Part shown: in pieces, positions 30,293 through 40,029 of the stretch
Layout of the letters: each line of letters starts with the position of its first letter
How positions within the stretch are numbered: the first letter of the stretch is position 1
NCBI GenBank assembly: GCA_965262585.1
Contig: OZ253546.1
Span: 136,653 to 200,652 of the forward strand
Reading direction: 5' to 3'
Length of the DNA stretch: 64,000 nt
Source: Candidatus Poriferihabitaceae bacterium
GTDB taxonomy: Bacteria > Pseudomonadota > Gammaproteobacteria > Arenicellales > Poriferihabitantaceae
Translations under genes and position numbers: made by a program
The notes under the pieces: model-generated
The model's input: only the letters and a program-made list of their open reading frames with translations
Databases searched by the model: none
What the model was told of the DNA's origin: nothing

Positions 30293-31732
30293 ATGCAAAC
30301 CTTTCGTGTTTCCCTTGCTTTGTTGGCATGGGCGATTGTTTTTAGTGCTGGGGCGGATGAAAAAAGTGCCGCCCTCGTCGAGGTGACCGGCGAGGAAATC
30401 GCCGTATTGACTACGGCACCGGATGTTCCGCCGCCTATTACGCGCAAGCATGCCACCAAGGTCGTCGTCAATTTGGAAACCCGTGAAATGGTCGGGCGGT
30501 TGGCCGATGGCGTGGAGTATTTGTTTTGGACTTTTGGTGGCGTGGTGCCGGGGAAATTCATCCGCGTGCGTGAAGGCGATTTGGTGGAATTTCATCTGCA
30601 CAATCATCCCAGCAGCCGCATGCCTCACAACATTGACTTGCACGCAGTTACCGGCCCCGGCGGCGGCGCAACTTCTTCTTTCACCGCCCCCGGACGCACC
30701 TCGGTGTTTTCTTTCAAAGCCATCAATCCGGGCTTGTATGTATACCACTGCGCCACGGCACCGGTGGGCATGCACATCGCCAACGGCATGTACGGGCTTA
30801 TTCTTGTGGAACCGGAAGAAGGGTTGCCGGAAGTGGATCGCGAATACTATGTCCTGCAGAGCGAGTTTTACACCAAGGGACCGCACGGCGAGGCTGGCTA
30901 TCAACCTTTCAGCATGGCCAAGGCGCTGCGGGAGGACGCCGACTATGTGGTGTTCAACGGCTCGGTAGGCAACTTGCTGGGAGACGCCGCCCTGCCGGCA
31001 CGACCGGGGGAACGCCTGCGCTTGTTTGTGGGCAACGCGGGACCAAATCTGGTGTCGTCTTTTCACATCATCGGCGAAGTGTTTGACAAGGTGTATGTGG
31101 AAGGCGGGGAACTCATCAACCGCAATGTGCAGTCCACGCTCATCCCCGCCGGCGGCTCGACCATCGTCGAACTGGAGATGCAGGTGCCGGGGGTGAACAT
31201 CATCGTTGACCATTCCATCTTTCGCGCTTTCAACAAAGGCGCGCTGGGGATGATTCGGGTGGCTGAGGATTTCTCTCTCTACCCGGAGACCCTTGCCGCC
31301 GAAGTGTATTCCGGAAAAACCTATGAGGATGTGTATCAACCCGAAGGCGGCGCGGTGGTTGACCTTAACGAAGAGGTGCGCCCGCTGGTGGTGCAAACTC
31401 GCGAGGAGCGTATCGCCGCCGGAATGCGGATTTACAACCAGAACTGCGCCGCTTGTCATCAAGCCAACGGCCAAGGCGTGACCGGCGTCTTTCCACCGCT
31501 TGCCGATTCCGACTGGCTGAAAGCCGACAAAGAACGCAGCATTAGCGCGGTGCTGACCGGCTTAGCCGGGGAGATCACGGTCAACGGCAAACGCTACAAC
31601 GGCGTGATGCCCGCCATACGCATGAGCGATCATGATGTGGCGCATGTGCTGAGTTATGTTTATAACTCATGGGACAACGGCGATACCATGGTGTCAGACG
31701 CGGAAGTCCGGGAGGTTCGTGATCAGTTGTAA
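30293..31732 (+). CDS. nirK: Copper-containing nitrite reductase with a C-terminal cytochrome c domain.
   Basis: Signal peptide. Cu ligand regions HLHNHPSSRMPHNIDLHAV and YVYHCATAPVGMHIANGMYG. C-terminal CAACH heme motif with a downstream GVMP Met. Confidence 0.9.
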   Translation: MQTFRVSLALLAWAIVFSAGADEKSAALVEVTGEEIAVLTTAPDVPPPITRKHATKVVVNLETREMVGRLADGVEYLFWTFGGVVPGKFIRVREGDLVEFHLHNHPSSRMPHNIDLHAVTGPGGGATSSFTAPGRTSVFSFKAINPGLYVYHCATAPVGMHIANGMYGLILVEPEEGLPEVDREYYVLQSEFYTKGPHGEAGYQPFSMAKALREDADYVVFNGSVGNLLGDAALPARPGERLRLFVGNAGPNLVSSFHIIGEVFDKVYVEGGELINRNVQSTLIPAGGSTIVELEMQVPGVNIIVDHSIFRAFNKGALGMIRVAEDFSLYPETLAAEVYSGKTYEDVYQPEGGAVVDLNEEVRPLVVQTREERIAAGMRIYNQNCAACHQANGQGVTGVFPPLADSDWLKADKERSISAVLTGLAGEITVNGKRYNGVMPAIRMSDHDVAHVLSYVYNSWDNGDTMVSDAEVREVRDQL

Positions 31733-32558
31733 GTGCACTCGAGTGGTGGTTGCTGTGGCGGTTGCTGTGGTGGCCGCCGCAGTGGTGATTGCGGTGGTGG
31801 TCGCCGCGGTGATATTTTCCGGTGCGGCGCAGGGGGATGGAGATATGCGGCTTGTTCCGAGCGGCGAGTATCGTCCGTTATACGGCGACAGCGCGGATAT
31901 TGACCAGCGCAGTGGAAAAATCACGCTGGAGGATTTTTATCTGGATGCCGGGGCGGTGTCCAACGCCGCCTTTCTCGAATTCGTGCGCGCTCATCCTCAA
32001 TGGCGCAAGTCCCGAATCAAGAAAATTTTCGCCGATGAAAACTACCTCGCCCACTGGCATGACGACATGACTCCGGGCCCCGCAACGGCGCCGGTGGTGA
32101 ATGTGTCGTGGTTTGCGGCGCGGGCTTTTTGCCACACCCGTGGCGCGGCATTACCCACCACCGCACAATGGGAATTTGCCGCCGCCGCCAGCGAGACCGA
32201 AGTCGACGCCAGCGGCGATGCGGAATTTCTCGCCCGCATTTTGACTTGGTATTCGTTGCCTAATAACTTCTCTCAAGAGCATGGGAACGACCGCGAGCGT
32301 TTCAAGAATTTATACGGCATCTATGATCTGCACGGCTCGGTGTGGGAATGGGTACTGGATTTTAACACCGCCCTCACCAGCGGTGAATCCCGCGCCGATT
32401 CAAGCCGCGACCGCCAGTTATATTGCGCCGCCGGAGTGGTGGGCGCGGCTACTTATGTAGACTATCCGTCCTTCCTGCGCCACGGCTACCGCAGCAGCCT
32501 CGACGGGCGTTATACCCACGGTGAACTCGGATTCCGATGCGCGGCTACAACGATCTGA
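31719..32558 (+). CDS. Formylglycine-generating-enzyme (SUMF1) family protein, NirV-like.
   Basis: Motifs VNVSWFAARAFC, LPTTAQWEFAA and YDLHGSVWEWVLD. N-terminal hydrophobic V/A-rich anchor. The start is uncertain (GTG at 31719 after GGAGG; ORF-track upper bound is 31656). Confidence 0.75.
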   Translation: MISCKCTRVVVAVAVAVVAAAVVIAVVVAAVIFSGAAQGDGDMRLVPSGEYRPLYGDSADIDQRSGKITLEDFYLDAGAVSNAAFLEFVRAHPQWRKSRIKKIFADENYLAHWHDDMTPGPATAPVVNVSWFAARAFCHTRGAALPTTAQWEFAAAASETEVDASGDAEFLARILTWYSLPNNFSQEHGNDRERFKNLYGIYDLHGSVWEWVLDFNTALTSGESRADSSRDRQLYCAAGVVGAATYVDYPSFLRHGYRSSLDGRYTHGELGFRCAATTI

Positions 32559-32583
32559 CGCGAGGTTAATGGGGGGTTTAATA

Positions 32584-33234
32584 ATGAAGTATATTGTCAT
32601 TGGCACCGCAACTCTGCTGTGCATCGCCGCTGTGCTATTCGTTACAACGCGACATGGGCATGAGAACTCGGAACACTCCGAACACTCCGAACATCAACAT
32701 CAGGTTCTACCGCCGGCGGAAATCGGTGATGGTTCGATCTATCAACTGGAATCCATGTGGCTCAACCAAAAAGGCCAAACCCAAACCCTTGCCGACCTCG
32801 CCGGAAAACCGACCGTGGCGGCGATGATTTACACCTCCTGCGAATTCGCCTGCCCGCTCATCGTGCGGGACATGTTCGCCATCTATAATTCCCTCGACGC
32901 CGATGAACGCACCTCGGCAAACTTCGTGCTGTTTTCCTTTGACCCAGAACGCGACACGCCCCAAGCCATGCGCCACTACGCCGCAGAACAAAACCTGCCC
33001 GCTGCAGACTGGACCCTACTCGCCGCCGACGATTACGCCACCCTGGAACTCGCCGTAGCCCTCGGCGTTCGCTACAAACCCTTAACCGGCGGCGATTTCG
33101 CCCACTCCAACGTAGTATTCGTCCTAGACTGCGGCGGCACCCCGTCCCACCGCCAAGAAGGCCTAGGCATCGCCCCCGAAGACGCGGCAACGGCGGTGCG
33201 GGATGCATTACAACAATGCTCGGAAGCGTCCTGA
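32584..33234 (+). CDS. SCO1/SenC family copper chaperone with a His-rich N-terminal tail.
   Basis: TM anchor, HGHENSEHSEHSEHQHQ stretch, thioredoxin-like CEFAC (CxxxC) motif and a conserved downstream His (FAHSN). Confidence 0.85.
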   Translation: MKYIVIGTATLLCIAAVLFVTTRHGHENSEHSEHSEHQHQVLPPAEIGDGSIYQLESMWLNQKGQTQTLADLAGKPTVAAMIYTSCEFACPLIVRDMFAIYNSLDADERTSANFVLFSFDPERDTPQAMRHYAAEQNLPAADWTLLAADDYATLELAVALGVRYKPLTGGDFAHSNVVFVLDCGGTPSHRQEGLGIAPEDAATAVRDALQQCSEAS

Positions 33235-33253
33235 AAGTTTGCTTGCTGATAAT

Positions 33254-33655
33254 CTGCCTGTCCCTACGAGTCGTCATTCCCGAACGATAGAAAAATAGAG
33301 AGCGCCAGCGACCATATTTTTCATCGTCCCCCAGATCGTCATTCCCGAACGGTAGAAAAATAAGGAGCGCGAGCGACTATATTTTTCTTCGTGTCGGGAA
33401 TCCAGAAAAAACATGTCGGCGCCAGCCGCTCCTTATTAAGGACAGGCACGGGGGCACTGTCCCTACGAGATATGGTTTTCGTAGGGACAGCGCCCCCGTG
33501 CCTGTCCTCATCGACAAACGAGGAATATCAAAAGCGCGTCATTCCCGAACGATAGAAAAATAGGGAGCGCCAGCGACCATATTTTTCATCGTATCGGGAA
33601 TCCAGTCAAACAATCCCGGCGCAAGCCGGACATTATTAAGGACGCGGCTTGCGTG
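33254..33655 (-). repeat. Mosaic hairpin-repeat array R7, including an additional GGACRGGCACGGGGGC motif.
   Basis: Three inverted A-units (two degenerate), one D-unit, and the long palindrome listed separately. Confidence 0.85.
33439..33508. repeat. Long palindrome: 29-bp arms with 1 mismatch and a 12-nt loop.
   Basis: AGGACAGGCACGGGGGCACTGTCCCTACG at 33439-33467 pairs with CGTAGGGACAGCGCCCCCGTGCCTGTCCT at 33480-33508. Confidence 0.9.
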
Positions 33656-33707
33656 TTATGATGGGCGGCTGTGGTTGATTTTTGTCGTTAATTAAAGCGT
33701 ATGTAAA

Positions 33708-34946
33708 ATGCATAAGATTGCCCCAAAACTGCAAGTGTCTATAGTGGTGTTATTCGCCGCATTAATCGGGGTATCGTATGGCTTCGGTATATATCTATTC
33801 CCGGCGATAGCGCCGGTTATGATGGAAGAATTTGGATTTACCTATGCGCAGATGGGAATTACCACTGGGCTAGTACAAGCAGGATTCCTGCTGTTTGCAT
33901 TAATCAGCGGATTATTGACTGCAACGTTCGGTGCATTCACAATCATTTTATGGTCGTTATTTTTATGCACCGTATCGCTTGCTGGGTTAGTAGTGGCACC
34001 TAATTTCATTGTTGCGAGTTCTTGTTTAATCATCCTCGGCGGATGCGCCGCATCCATCTGGGTGCCGATGGTGGAAGTGTCGCAGAATTTTATTTATCCA
34101 CAATATCAAGGTCGAGCAATGGGTTTTATGTCATCCGGCACAAGTTACGGTGTTTTGGTAAATGTCGCACTCATTGCTTTATTTTTATCCGCATCAAATT
34201 GGCGAGCGGTGCTAACCGCAACTTTCATCATCGCTTGCGGGTTTTTAATTTGCACGGTTGCATTTTTTCGCTATCTGCAAAAACAACAATTCGCCCAAAA
34301 GACAAAAGTTGCGGAAATTGATGCAGGCATACCGCTACTTGAAAAATTATATTCCATCGCGAATAAAAAAACTGCGGTCGTGTTGTTGCTAATGTTTTTT
34401 GCTGGTATCGCATGCATGCCGTTCCAATCTTTTCTCACATCGTTTTTGGTGGACGAACATGCTCTCAGCGTGCAAGACAGCGTTCATGCTTGGCGAATAA
34501 TTGGACTCACCGGTATGGTAAGCGGTTTTGTGATGGGCTGGGTGGCCGATATGATAACTACTCGGCGAGCGCTATTTTGCGTCTGCGTATCACTTGCAAT
34601 ATCTTCATGGCTTTTAATTGGTGCTGAATTAAACAATATTAAAATTTACAGCGCAGCGATGTTGTTTGGCTTATCTTTTTATGCAATCTACGGGATCATC
34701 CCGGCGTATATCAGCCATATATACAAAGGCGGGCGAGCGGCATTAGTGTTTTCAATCGGCAGTGTTGTGCTAGGTATCGGCGGTATGCTTGGCAATGTCG
34801 CCGGCGGGTTCATAAAAGAATTAACAGGTACGTTTTTCTACATGTACGCCATATGTTTAACCGCCGCAGTTTTGGCGGCGCTGCTTACCTTCTTTATGCA
34901 AGATGACGGTAATAACAGAGCCGTCGTCCGAGAGGCCGGAATATGA
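33708..34946 (+). CDS. MFS transporter.
   Basis: 412 aa with ~12 hydrophobic helices and a central loop (RYLQKQQFAQKTKVAEIDAG). AT-richer than the flanking genes. Substrate unknown. Confidence 0.75.
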   Translation: MHKIAPKLQVSIVVLFAALIGVSYGFGIYLFPAIAPVMMEEFGFTYAQMGITTGLVQAGFLLFALISGLLTATFGAFTIILWSLFLCTVSLAGLVVAPNFIVASSCLIILGGCAASIWVPMVEVSQNFIYPQYQGRAMGFMSSGTSYGVLVNVALIALFLSASNWRAVLTATFIIACGFLICTVAFFRYLQKQQFAQKTKVAEIDAGIPLLEKLYSIANKKTAVVLLLMFFAGIACMPFQSFLTSFLVDEHALSVQDSVHAWRIIGLTGMVSGFVMGWVADMITTRRALFCVCVSLAISSWLLIGAELNNIKIYSAAMLFGLSFYAIYGIIPAYISHIYKGGRAALVFSIGSVVLGIGGMLGNVAGGFIKELTGTFFYMYAICLTAAVLAALLTFFMQDDGNNRAVVREAGI

Positions 34947-35131
34947 AACAACGGCAATTGGTGGATGGATAAAGGGGGCAGAATTGGTTTGCGCTGGGGA
35001 GTATCTTCGACTTGAAGATTGTAGCGTGTTGAATCATAGCAATATAAAGTACTTTGAAGATTACAGGACAAGATATTTTTTTGACAAGTTCATTTACGGT
35101 CAGGGCATGGAGAACGTGTTTTGCATAGTGA

Positions 35132-35290
35132 TATTTTGAAACAATAGTTATAAAAGGCGAGGTCGAGTTGGACGAAAGTTACTTCGGCCCTCGCCGAGTG
35201 CGTGGCAAACGCGGGCGCGGCGCCGCCGGCAAAGTGCCGGTGTTTGGCATGCTCGGCCGCGGGAAGCAAGCCACGCCGGTTGAGCCTTAA
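35132..35290 (+). mobile_element. IS1595-family (IS1016-like) transposase remnant (pseudogene fragment).
   Basis: Translates to YFETIVIKGEVELDESYFGPRRVRGKRGRGAAGKVPVFGMLGRG..., matching the conserved VE.DESYFGG.RKGKRGRGAAGK..VFG region of IS1016/ISXO2-type transposases. No start codon, and it is bounded by stops. Confidence 0.7.
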
Positions 35291-35832
35291 AGCATTCGCC
35301 GCAACACCGAATCGCGGTCGATAAATTGGTGCTTGCAAGCCGCCGCCGCATGCCCGGCGGCGAGCACGGCGATGCCATAGGCCAACCAGTAGTGTGCAGA
35401 TACCGCGGCTTCGCGAACGCGCTCGCCAACCGCCAATAGCGCGGGCATTTCCATGCCGCCCGGCAACGGAATCGCGGCGCCGGATGAGGTGGAGATCAAA
35501 TAACCGCTCACGGGTATCAACCACATCAGCCAGAAAAACAACCCATGCATAACGGCGGCCGTGCGCCGCTCCCAGCGCACCCCCACCGGCGGCAACGAGA
35601 CGCGCCAACGGCGACGGGCAAGTTGGCCGATAGCAACCAGCGGCACCAGCAAACCCAGCACCCGATGCCAGAACAACGAATCGTTGTACCAACTATGGTA
35701 GTAACTGAGACCGGTCATCCACCAACCGAGCAACACCAAGCCGAGGATGAGCACCGCCTGCAGCCAGTGCAGGGCGCGGGTTGTGCGGTCGTAACGGTCG
35801 TGGCGGGAGATCATCTGCATCACGCCCGGCAC
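35287..35832 (-). CDS. Cytochrome b561 family protein.
   Basis: Motifs RYDRTTRALHWLQAVLILGL...HRVLG...H....H. Four TM helices with the His pattern of the CybB/YceJ family. Confidence 0.85.
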   Translation of the reverse strand: MPGVMQMISRHDRYDRTTRALHWLQAVLILGLVLLGWWMTGLSYYHSWYNDSLFWHRVLGLLVPLVAIGQLARRRWRVSLPPVGVRWERRTAAVMHGLFFWLMWLIPVSGYLISTSSGAAIPLPGGMEMPALLAVGERVREAAVSAHYWLAYGIAVLAAGHAAAACKHQFIDRDSVLRRML

Positions 35833-35842
35833 GGTGGCATGG

Positions 35843-36445
35843 TTACTCGCGAATGCCTTCGATATAAAGACTGAGTTCGATGTTCTCGGACAGAGGACCG
35901 AGGTCGTAGTCTATCTTGAAATCGCTACGGGCGATGACGGTGTTGCCCTCAAAGCCGACTCGGTAGCCGCCCCATGGATCCGGCCCCTCGCCAATCTTGC
36001 GCATGGTGATAACAATCGGGCGAGTAACCCCATGCAGTTCGAGGTCGCCGCGCAGTACACCGCCATCGGCGTCGCCGCTATACCCGGTGCCGGTGAATTT
36101 GGCGCTGGGGTAGGTGTCGGTATCGAGAAAATCGTCGCTACGCAAATGTTTATCGCGCTCGGCATGATTGCTGTCGACGCTGGTAGCATCCAAATCCACA
36201 ATAATATTGCGCGGCCCGTCCCCGTTGGCGGCGTCATACTCGAAGTTGCCGCTGAACCGGTTGAAGCGACCAATGAGCCAACTGAAACCGAGATGCTGAG
36301 TGCGAAACTGCACAAACGAATGCGCAAGATCAATACGATATTCGGCGGCAACCGCCACCGAAGTAGAACCAACTGCACCAATCAGCATGGCGGCGGTCAG
36401 CGTAGCAAAGATGCGCGAACGCACTGGAATTGATGAATGTGGCAT
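35843..36445 (-). CDS. yceI: YceI family periplasmic protein.
   Basis: Signal peptide, then YRIDLAHSFVQFRTQHLGFSW, HGVTRPI and FKIDY are typical YceI motifs. ORF trimmed to MPHSSIPV. Confidence 0.85.
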   Translation of the reverse strand: MPHSSIPVRSRIFATLTAAMLIGAVGSTSVAVAAEYRIDLAHSFVQFRTQHLGFSWLIGRFNRFSGNFEYDAANGDGPRNIIVDLDATSVDSNHAERDKHLRSDDFLDTDTYPSAKFTGTGYSGDADGGVLRGDLELHGVTRPIVITMRKIGEGPDPWGGYRVGFEGNTVIARSDFKIDYDLGPLSENIELSLYIEGIRE

Positions 36446-36510
36446 AAGAAACTCCGTGGGTTGTGGGTTGTGGGTTGTCATTTTGTCATAGTTTTGCTGT
36501 GTATTAGTCA

Positions 36511-36604
36511 TATTTAGTTTTCTGGATTCCCGATACGATGAAAAATATAGTCGCTGGCGCTCCCTATTTTTCTATCGTTCGGGAATGACGAACTTTGATA
36601 CTCC
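36511..36604 (+). repeat. Solitary A-unit of the mosaic repeat family (R8).
   Basis: CTGGATTCCCGATACGATGAAAAATATAGTCGCTGGCGCTCCCTATTTTTCTATCGTTCGGGAATGACG, between yceI and acs. Confidence 0.9.
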
Positions 36605-36608
36605 TTGC

Positions 36609-38543
36609 CTACCCCACCCGATTACCAATCAATTCCTCCACCACCGACGGATCCGCCAGAGTGCTGATATCACCGAGGTCGTCCAGTTGGTTGGCGGCGA
36701 CTTTGCGTAGGATGCGGCGCATGATTTTGCCGGAGCGGGTTTTGGGGAGGCCGGGGGCCCATTGAATTTCGTCTGGTTTGGCGATGGCGCCGATTTCTTT
36801 TTTTACCAAGGCCAGCAATTCCGCGCGTAGTGCATCGGTGGGTTCGGTGTCGACCATCAGGGTCACATAGGCGTAGATCCCCTGCCCTTTGATTTTGTGG
36901 GGATAACCGACCACCGCGGCTTCGGCGACTTTTTCGTGTAGCACCAGCGCGCTTTCCACTTCGGCGGTGCCCATGCGGTGGCCGGATACATTGATTACAT
37001 CGTCGATGCGTCCGGTAATCCAATAATAGCCGTCGGCGTCTCGGCGCGCGCCGTCTCCGGTGGTGTAGCAGTTGGGATGGGCGGTAAAATAAGTGTCGAT
37101 GAAACGCTGGTGGTCGCCATATAGAGTGCGCATCTGCCCGGGCCAGGATTGTTTCAACACCAGATCCCCCGACCCCGCGCCTTCCAATTCGTTGCCGTCG
37201 GCGTCCATCAACGCGGGTTGAATGCCGAAGAACGGCAAGGTCGCCGAACCCGGTTTGAGGTCGGTGGCACCCGGCAGCGGGGTAATCAATATCCCGCCGG
37301 TTTCGGTCTGCCACCAAGTATCCACCACCGGGCAACGCCGCTCGCCGACCACGCGGTAATACCACTCCCACGCCTCCGGGTTGATGGGCTCGCCCACGGT
37401 GCCGAGGATGCGCAAACTTTCGCGGCTATGCCGGGTTACCGGCTCATCGCCCTGCCCCATCAACGCCCGCAACGCAGTGGGCGCGGTGTAGAAAATGTTG
37501 ACCTTGTGCTTATCCACCACCTGCCAGAAGCGTCCGGCATCGGGCCAAGTCGGCACGCCTTCGAACATCAAAGTCGTGGCGCCGTTGGCCAGCGGCCCGT
37601 AAACGATGTAGGAATGCCCGGTTACCCAGCCCACATCGGCGGTGCACCAGTAGATCTCGCCGTCTTGGTAATCGAACACATATTTGTGGGTCATGGCGGT
37701 GAACAACTGATAGCCGCCGGTGGTGTGCAGCACGCCTTTGGGTTTGCCTGTTGAACCGGATGTATAGAGAATAAACAGCGGGTCTTCGGCGTCCATTTCC
37801 TCGGGCGGGCAGTCCGCCGAGGCTTCCGCCATTGCCTCGTGATACCACACATCGCGCTCGGTGTTTTTGCTGACGGCATTGCCGGTGCGTTGCACGACGA
37901 TGGTGGTGTGCACTTCGGGGCATTCCGCCAGGGCTTGCTCGACGTTTTCCTTGAGCGGTACCCTGCCGCCGCCACGCAGTCCTTCATCGGCGGTAATCAC
38001 CACCCGGCAATCCGAATCCAAAATCCGCTCGCGCAGGGCATCCGGGGAAAAGCCGCCGAATACCACCGAATGAATCGCCCCGATGCGGGCGCAGGCGAGC
38101 ATGGCCACCGCAGATTCGGGAATCATCGGCATATAAATGGAAACGCGCTCGCCCTTCTTCACGCCACGGGATTTAAGGACGTTAGCAAACTTGCTTACTA
38201 ACTCGAACAATTCATTGTAGGTAATTGATTTATCAACATTTACATCATCCCCTTCCCACAAAATCGCGACCTGATTCCCGCGTTCGGCCAAGTGCCGGTC
38301 CACGCAGTTGTAGCAAGCGTTGAGTTTGCCGCCCTCAAACCACTTGATTTTCGCCTCATGGAAATCCACATCCATAACCCGATCCCAGGGCTTAAACCAA
38401 CTCACAAACGCATCCGCCTGCTCAGCCCAAAACCCCTCCGGATCATCCACCGACCGCTGATACATCGCACGATACTGCTCGCTATTCAAATGCGCCCGCG
38501 CCGCAACCTCGGCGGCAACGGGGTAGATTTTTTGTTCTGACAT
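36609..38543 (-). CDS. acs: Acetyl-CoA synthetase.
   Basis: Motifs [29 protein letters not shown] and [14 protein letters not shown] trimmed to MSEQKIYPV (644 aa). Confidence 0.95.
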   Translation of the reverse strand: MSEQKIYPVAAEVAARAHLNSEQYRAMYQRSVDDPEGFWAEQADAFVSWFKPWDRVMDVDFHEAKIKWFEGGKLNACYNCVDRHLAERGNQVAILWEGDDVNVDKSITYNELFELVSKFANVLKSRGVKKGERVSIYMPMIPESAVAMLACARIGAIHSVVFGGFSPDALRERILDSDCRVVITADEGLRGGGRVPLKENVEQALAECPEVHTTIVVQRTGNAVSKNTERDVWYHEAMAEASADCPPEEMDAEDPLFILYTSGSTGKPKGVLHTTGGYQLFTAMTHKYVFDYQDGEIYWCTADVGWVTGHSYIVYGPLANGATTLMFEGVPTWPDAGRFWQVVDKHKVNIFYTAPTALRALMGQGDEPVTRHSRESLRILGTVGEPINPEAWEWYYRVVGERRCPVVDTWWQTETGGILITPLPGATDLKPGSATLPFFGIQPALMDADGNELEGAGSGDLVLKQSWPGQMRTLYGDHQRFIDTYFTAHPNCYTTGDGARRDADGYYWITGRIDDVINVSGHRMGTAEVESALVLHEKVAEAAVVGYPHKIKGQGIYAYVTLMVDTEPTDALRAELLALVKKEIGAIAKPDEIQWAPGLPKTRSGKIMRRILRKVAANQLDDLGDISTLADPSVVEELIGNRVG

Positions 38544-38671
38544 GGTGTTTTTTTCCAGTGGGGTTTGGGGAATTACTGTACGCGGTGAAGTGGCGATTCG
38601 CAAGCCAGTTGAAAGCGGACGGGGAAAACCGATATGGTATGCTTCCTGATGAATATTCTTGAAACCCGATT

Positions 38672-38710
38672 CACGCCACTTCGTCACGATACTTCGTCAC
38701 GCCACTTTTC
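38672..38710 (+). repeat. 13-bp tandem repeat x3 (CACG[CC/AT]ACTTCGT) immediately upstream of metY.
   Basis: Copies start at 38672, 38685 and 38698. The array ends 14 nt before the metY ATG. Confidence 0.8.
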
Positions 38711-38723
38711 ACCGGAACCGCCC

Positions 38724-40025
38724 ATGCCACAACCCACCAAAACCCGCTTCGACACGCTGGCGTTGCATGCCGGCCAGCGGCCTGATCCGGTGACCGGCGC
38801 GCGGGCTACGCCGATTTATCAAACCGCCAGTTATGTGTTTCAAGATAGCGATCACGCCGCATCGCTGTTTAACATGGAGCGACCGGGGCATGCTTATTCG
38901 CGGCTTTCCAATCCTACCAATGCGGTGCTCGAAGAACGGGTCGCGGCCCTCGAAGACGGCATCGGCGGCATCGCCACCGCCAGCGGACAGGCGGCGTTGC
39001 ACCTCGCCATCGCCACGCTCATGGACGGCGGTTCGCACATCGTTTCCTCGAGCGCGATCTACGGCGGCTCCCACAACATCCTGCAGTATACCCTGCCCCG
39101 CTTCGGCATCCACACCACCTTCGTCTCGCCCCGCGACATCGACGGCATGCGGCGCGCCATTCGTCCCGAAACCCGCCTGATTTTCGGCGAGGTCATCGGC
39201 AATCCGGGGGGCGATGTGATGAATGTACCGCTGGTGGCCGAACTCGCCCATGCGCACGGCATCCCGCTGCTCATCGATTCCACCTTCACCACGCCCTATC
39301 TATTCCAACCGTTTCACCACGGCGCCGACCTCATCATGCATTCGGCAACCAAATTCTTAAGCGGCCACGGCACGGTCATCGGCGGCGTGCTGGCCGAGCA
39401 CGGCCGTTTTAATTGGCAGCAAAGCGGCCGCTTCCCCACCCTCGCCGAACCCTACGGCGGCTTTCACGACATGCGTTTCGGCGAAGAATCTTCACAAGGC
39501 GCGTTTTTACTGCGCGCCCGGCGCGAGGGCCTGCGCGATTTCGGCGCATGCATGAGCCCGACCACCGCTTTTTATATTCTACAAGGCTTGGAAACCCTGT
39601 CGGTGCGCATGGATAGGCATGTGCAAAACACCCGCAAGGTGGTAGAGTTTTTGTGCGCCTCGGATGCGGTTAATGACATCAGTTACCCGGAACTCGAAGA
39701 ACATCCCGACTATGCGCTGGCGCAAAAGTTGCTACCCAAAGGCGCCGGCGCGGTGTTCTGCTTCACCCTGCGCGGCGGACGCGAAGCCGGTCGCGCCTTT
39801 ACCGAAGGCTTGGAAATATTTTCCCACCTCGCCAACGTCGGCGACGCCAAATCGCTAGTCATCCACCCGGCGAGCACCACGCATTACCGAATGAGCGACG
39901 AAGATTTGCTCGCCGCCGGAATCAATCAAGGCACGATTCGGTTGTCAGTCGGGCTTGAGGACATCGATGATCTCCTTGAAGATTTATCGCGAGGGATTCA
40001 TCTTTCTAAAAAAATTGCAAAATAA
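38724..40025 (+). CDS. metY: O-acetylhomoserine/O-acetylserine sulfhydrylase.
   Basis: Motifs [26 protein letters not shown] and [11 protein letters not shown] (PLP lysine), with a C-terminal [16 protein letters not shown] trimmed to MPQPTKTRF. Confidence 0.85.
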   Translation: MPQPTKTRFDTLALHAGQRPDPVTGARATPIYQTASYVFQDSDHAASLFNMERPGHAYSRLSNPTNAVLEERVAALEDGIGGIATASGQAALHLAIATLMDGGSHIVSSSAIYGGSHNILQYTLPRFGIHTTFVSPRDIDGMRRAIRPETRLIFGEVIGNPGGDVMNVPLVAELAHAHGIPLLIDSTFTTPYLFQPFHHGADLIMHSATKFLSGHGTVIGGVLAEHGRFNWQQSGRFPTLAEPYGGFHDMRFGEESSQGAFLLRARREGLRDFGACMSPTTAFYILQGLETLSVRMDRHVQNTRKVVEFLCASDAVNDISYPELEEHPDYALAQKLLPKGAGAVFCFTLRGGREAGRAFTEGLEIFSHLANVGDAKSLVIHPASTTHYRMSDEDLLAAGINQGTIRLSVGLEDIDDLLEDLSRGIHLSKKIAK

Positions 40026-40029
40026 AGTT

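Noticed and set aside
30224-31474. A 416-aa ORF antisense to nirK. Similar long antisense ORFs occur at 13140-13862, 15309-16061, 35090-35692, 36670-37371, 41009-41728 and 45802-46398.
   Set aside because: Their translations are Arg/Gly/His-rich and low in information, with no recognisable motifs. The opposite strand in each case encodes a complete protein with clear family signatures. This is the typical shadow-ORF behaviour of GC-rich coding DNA.
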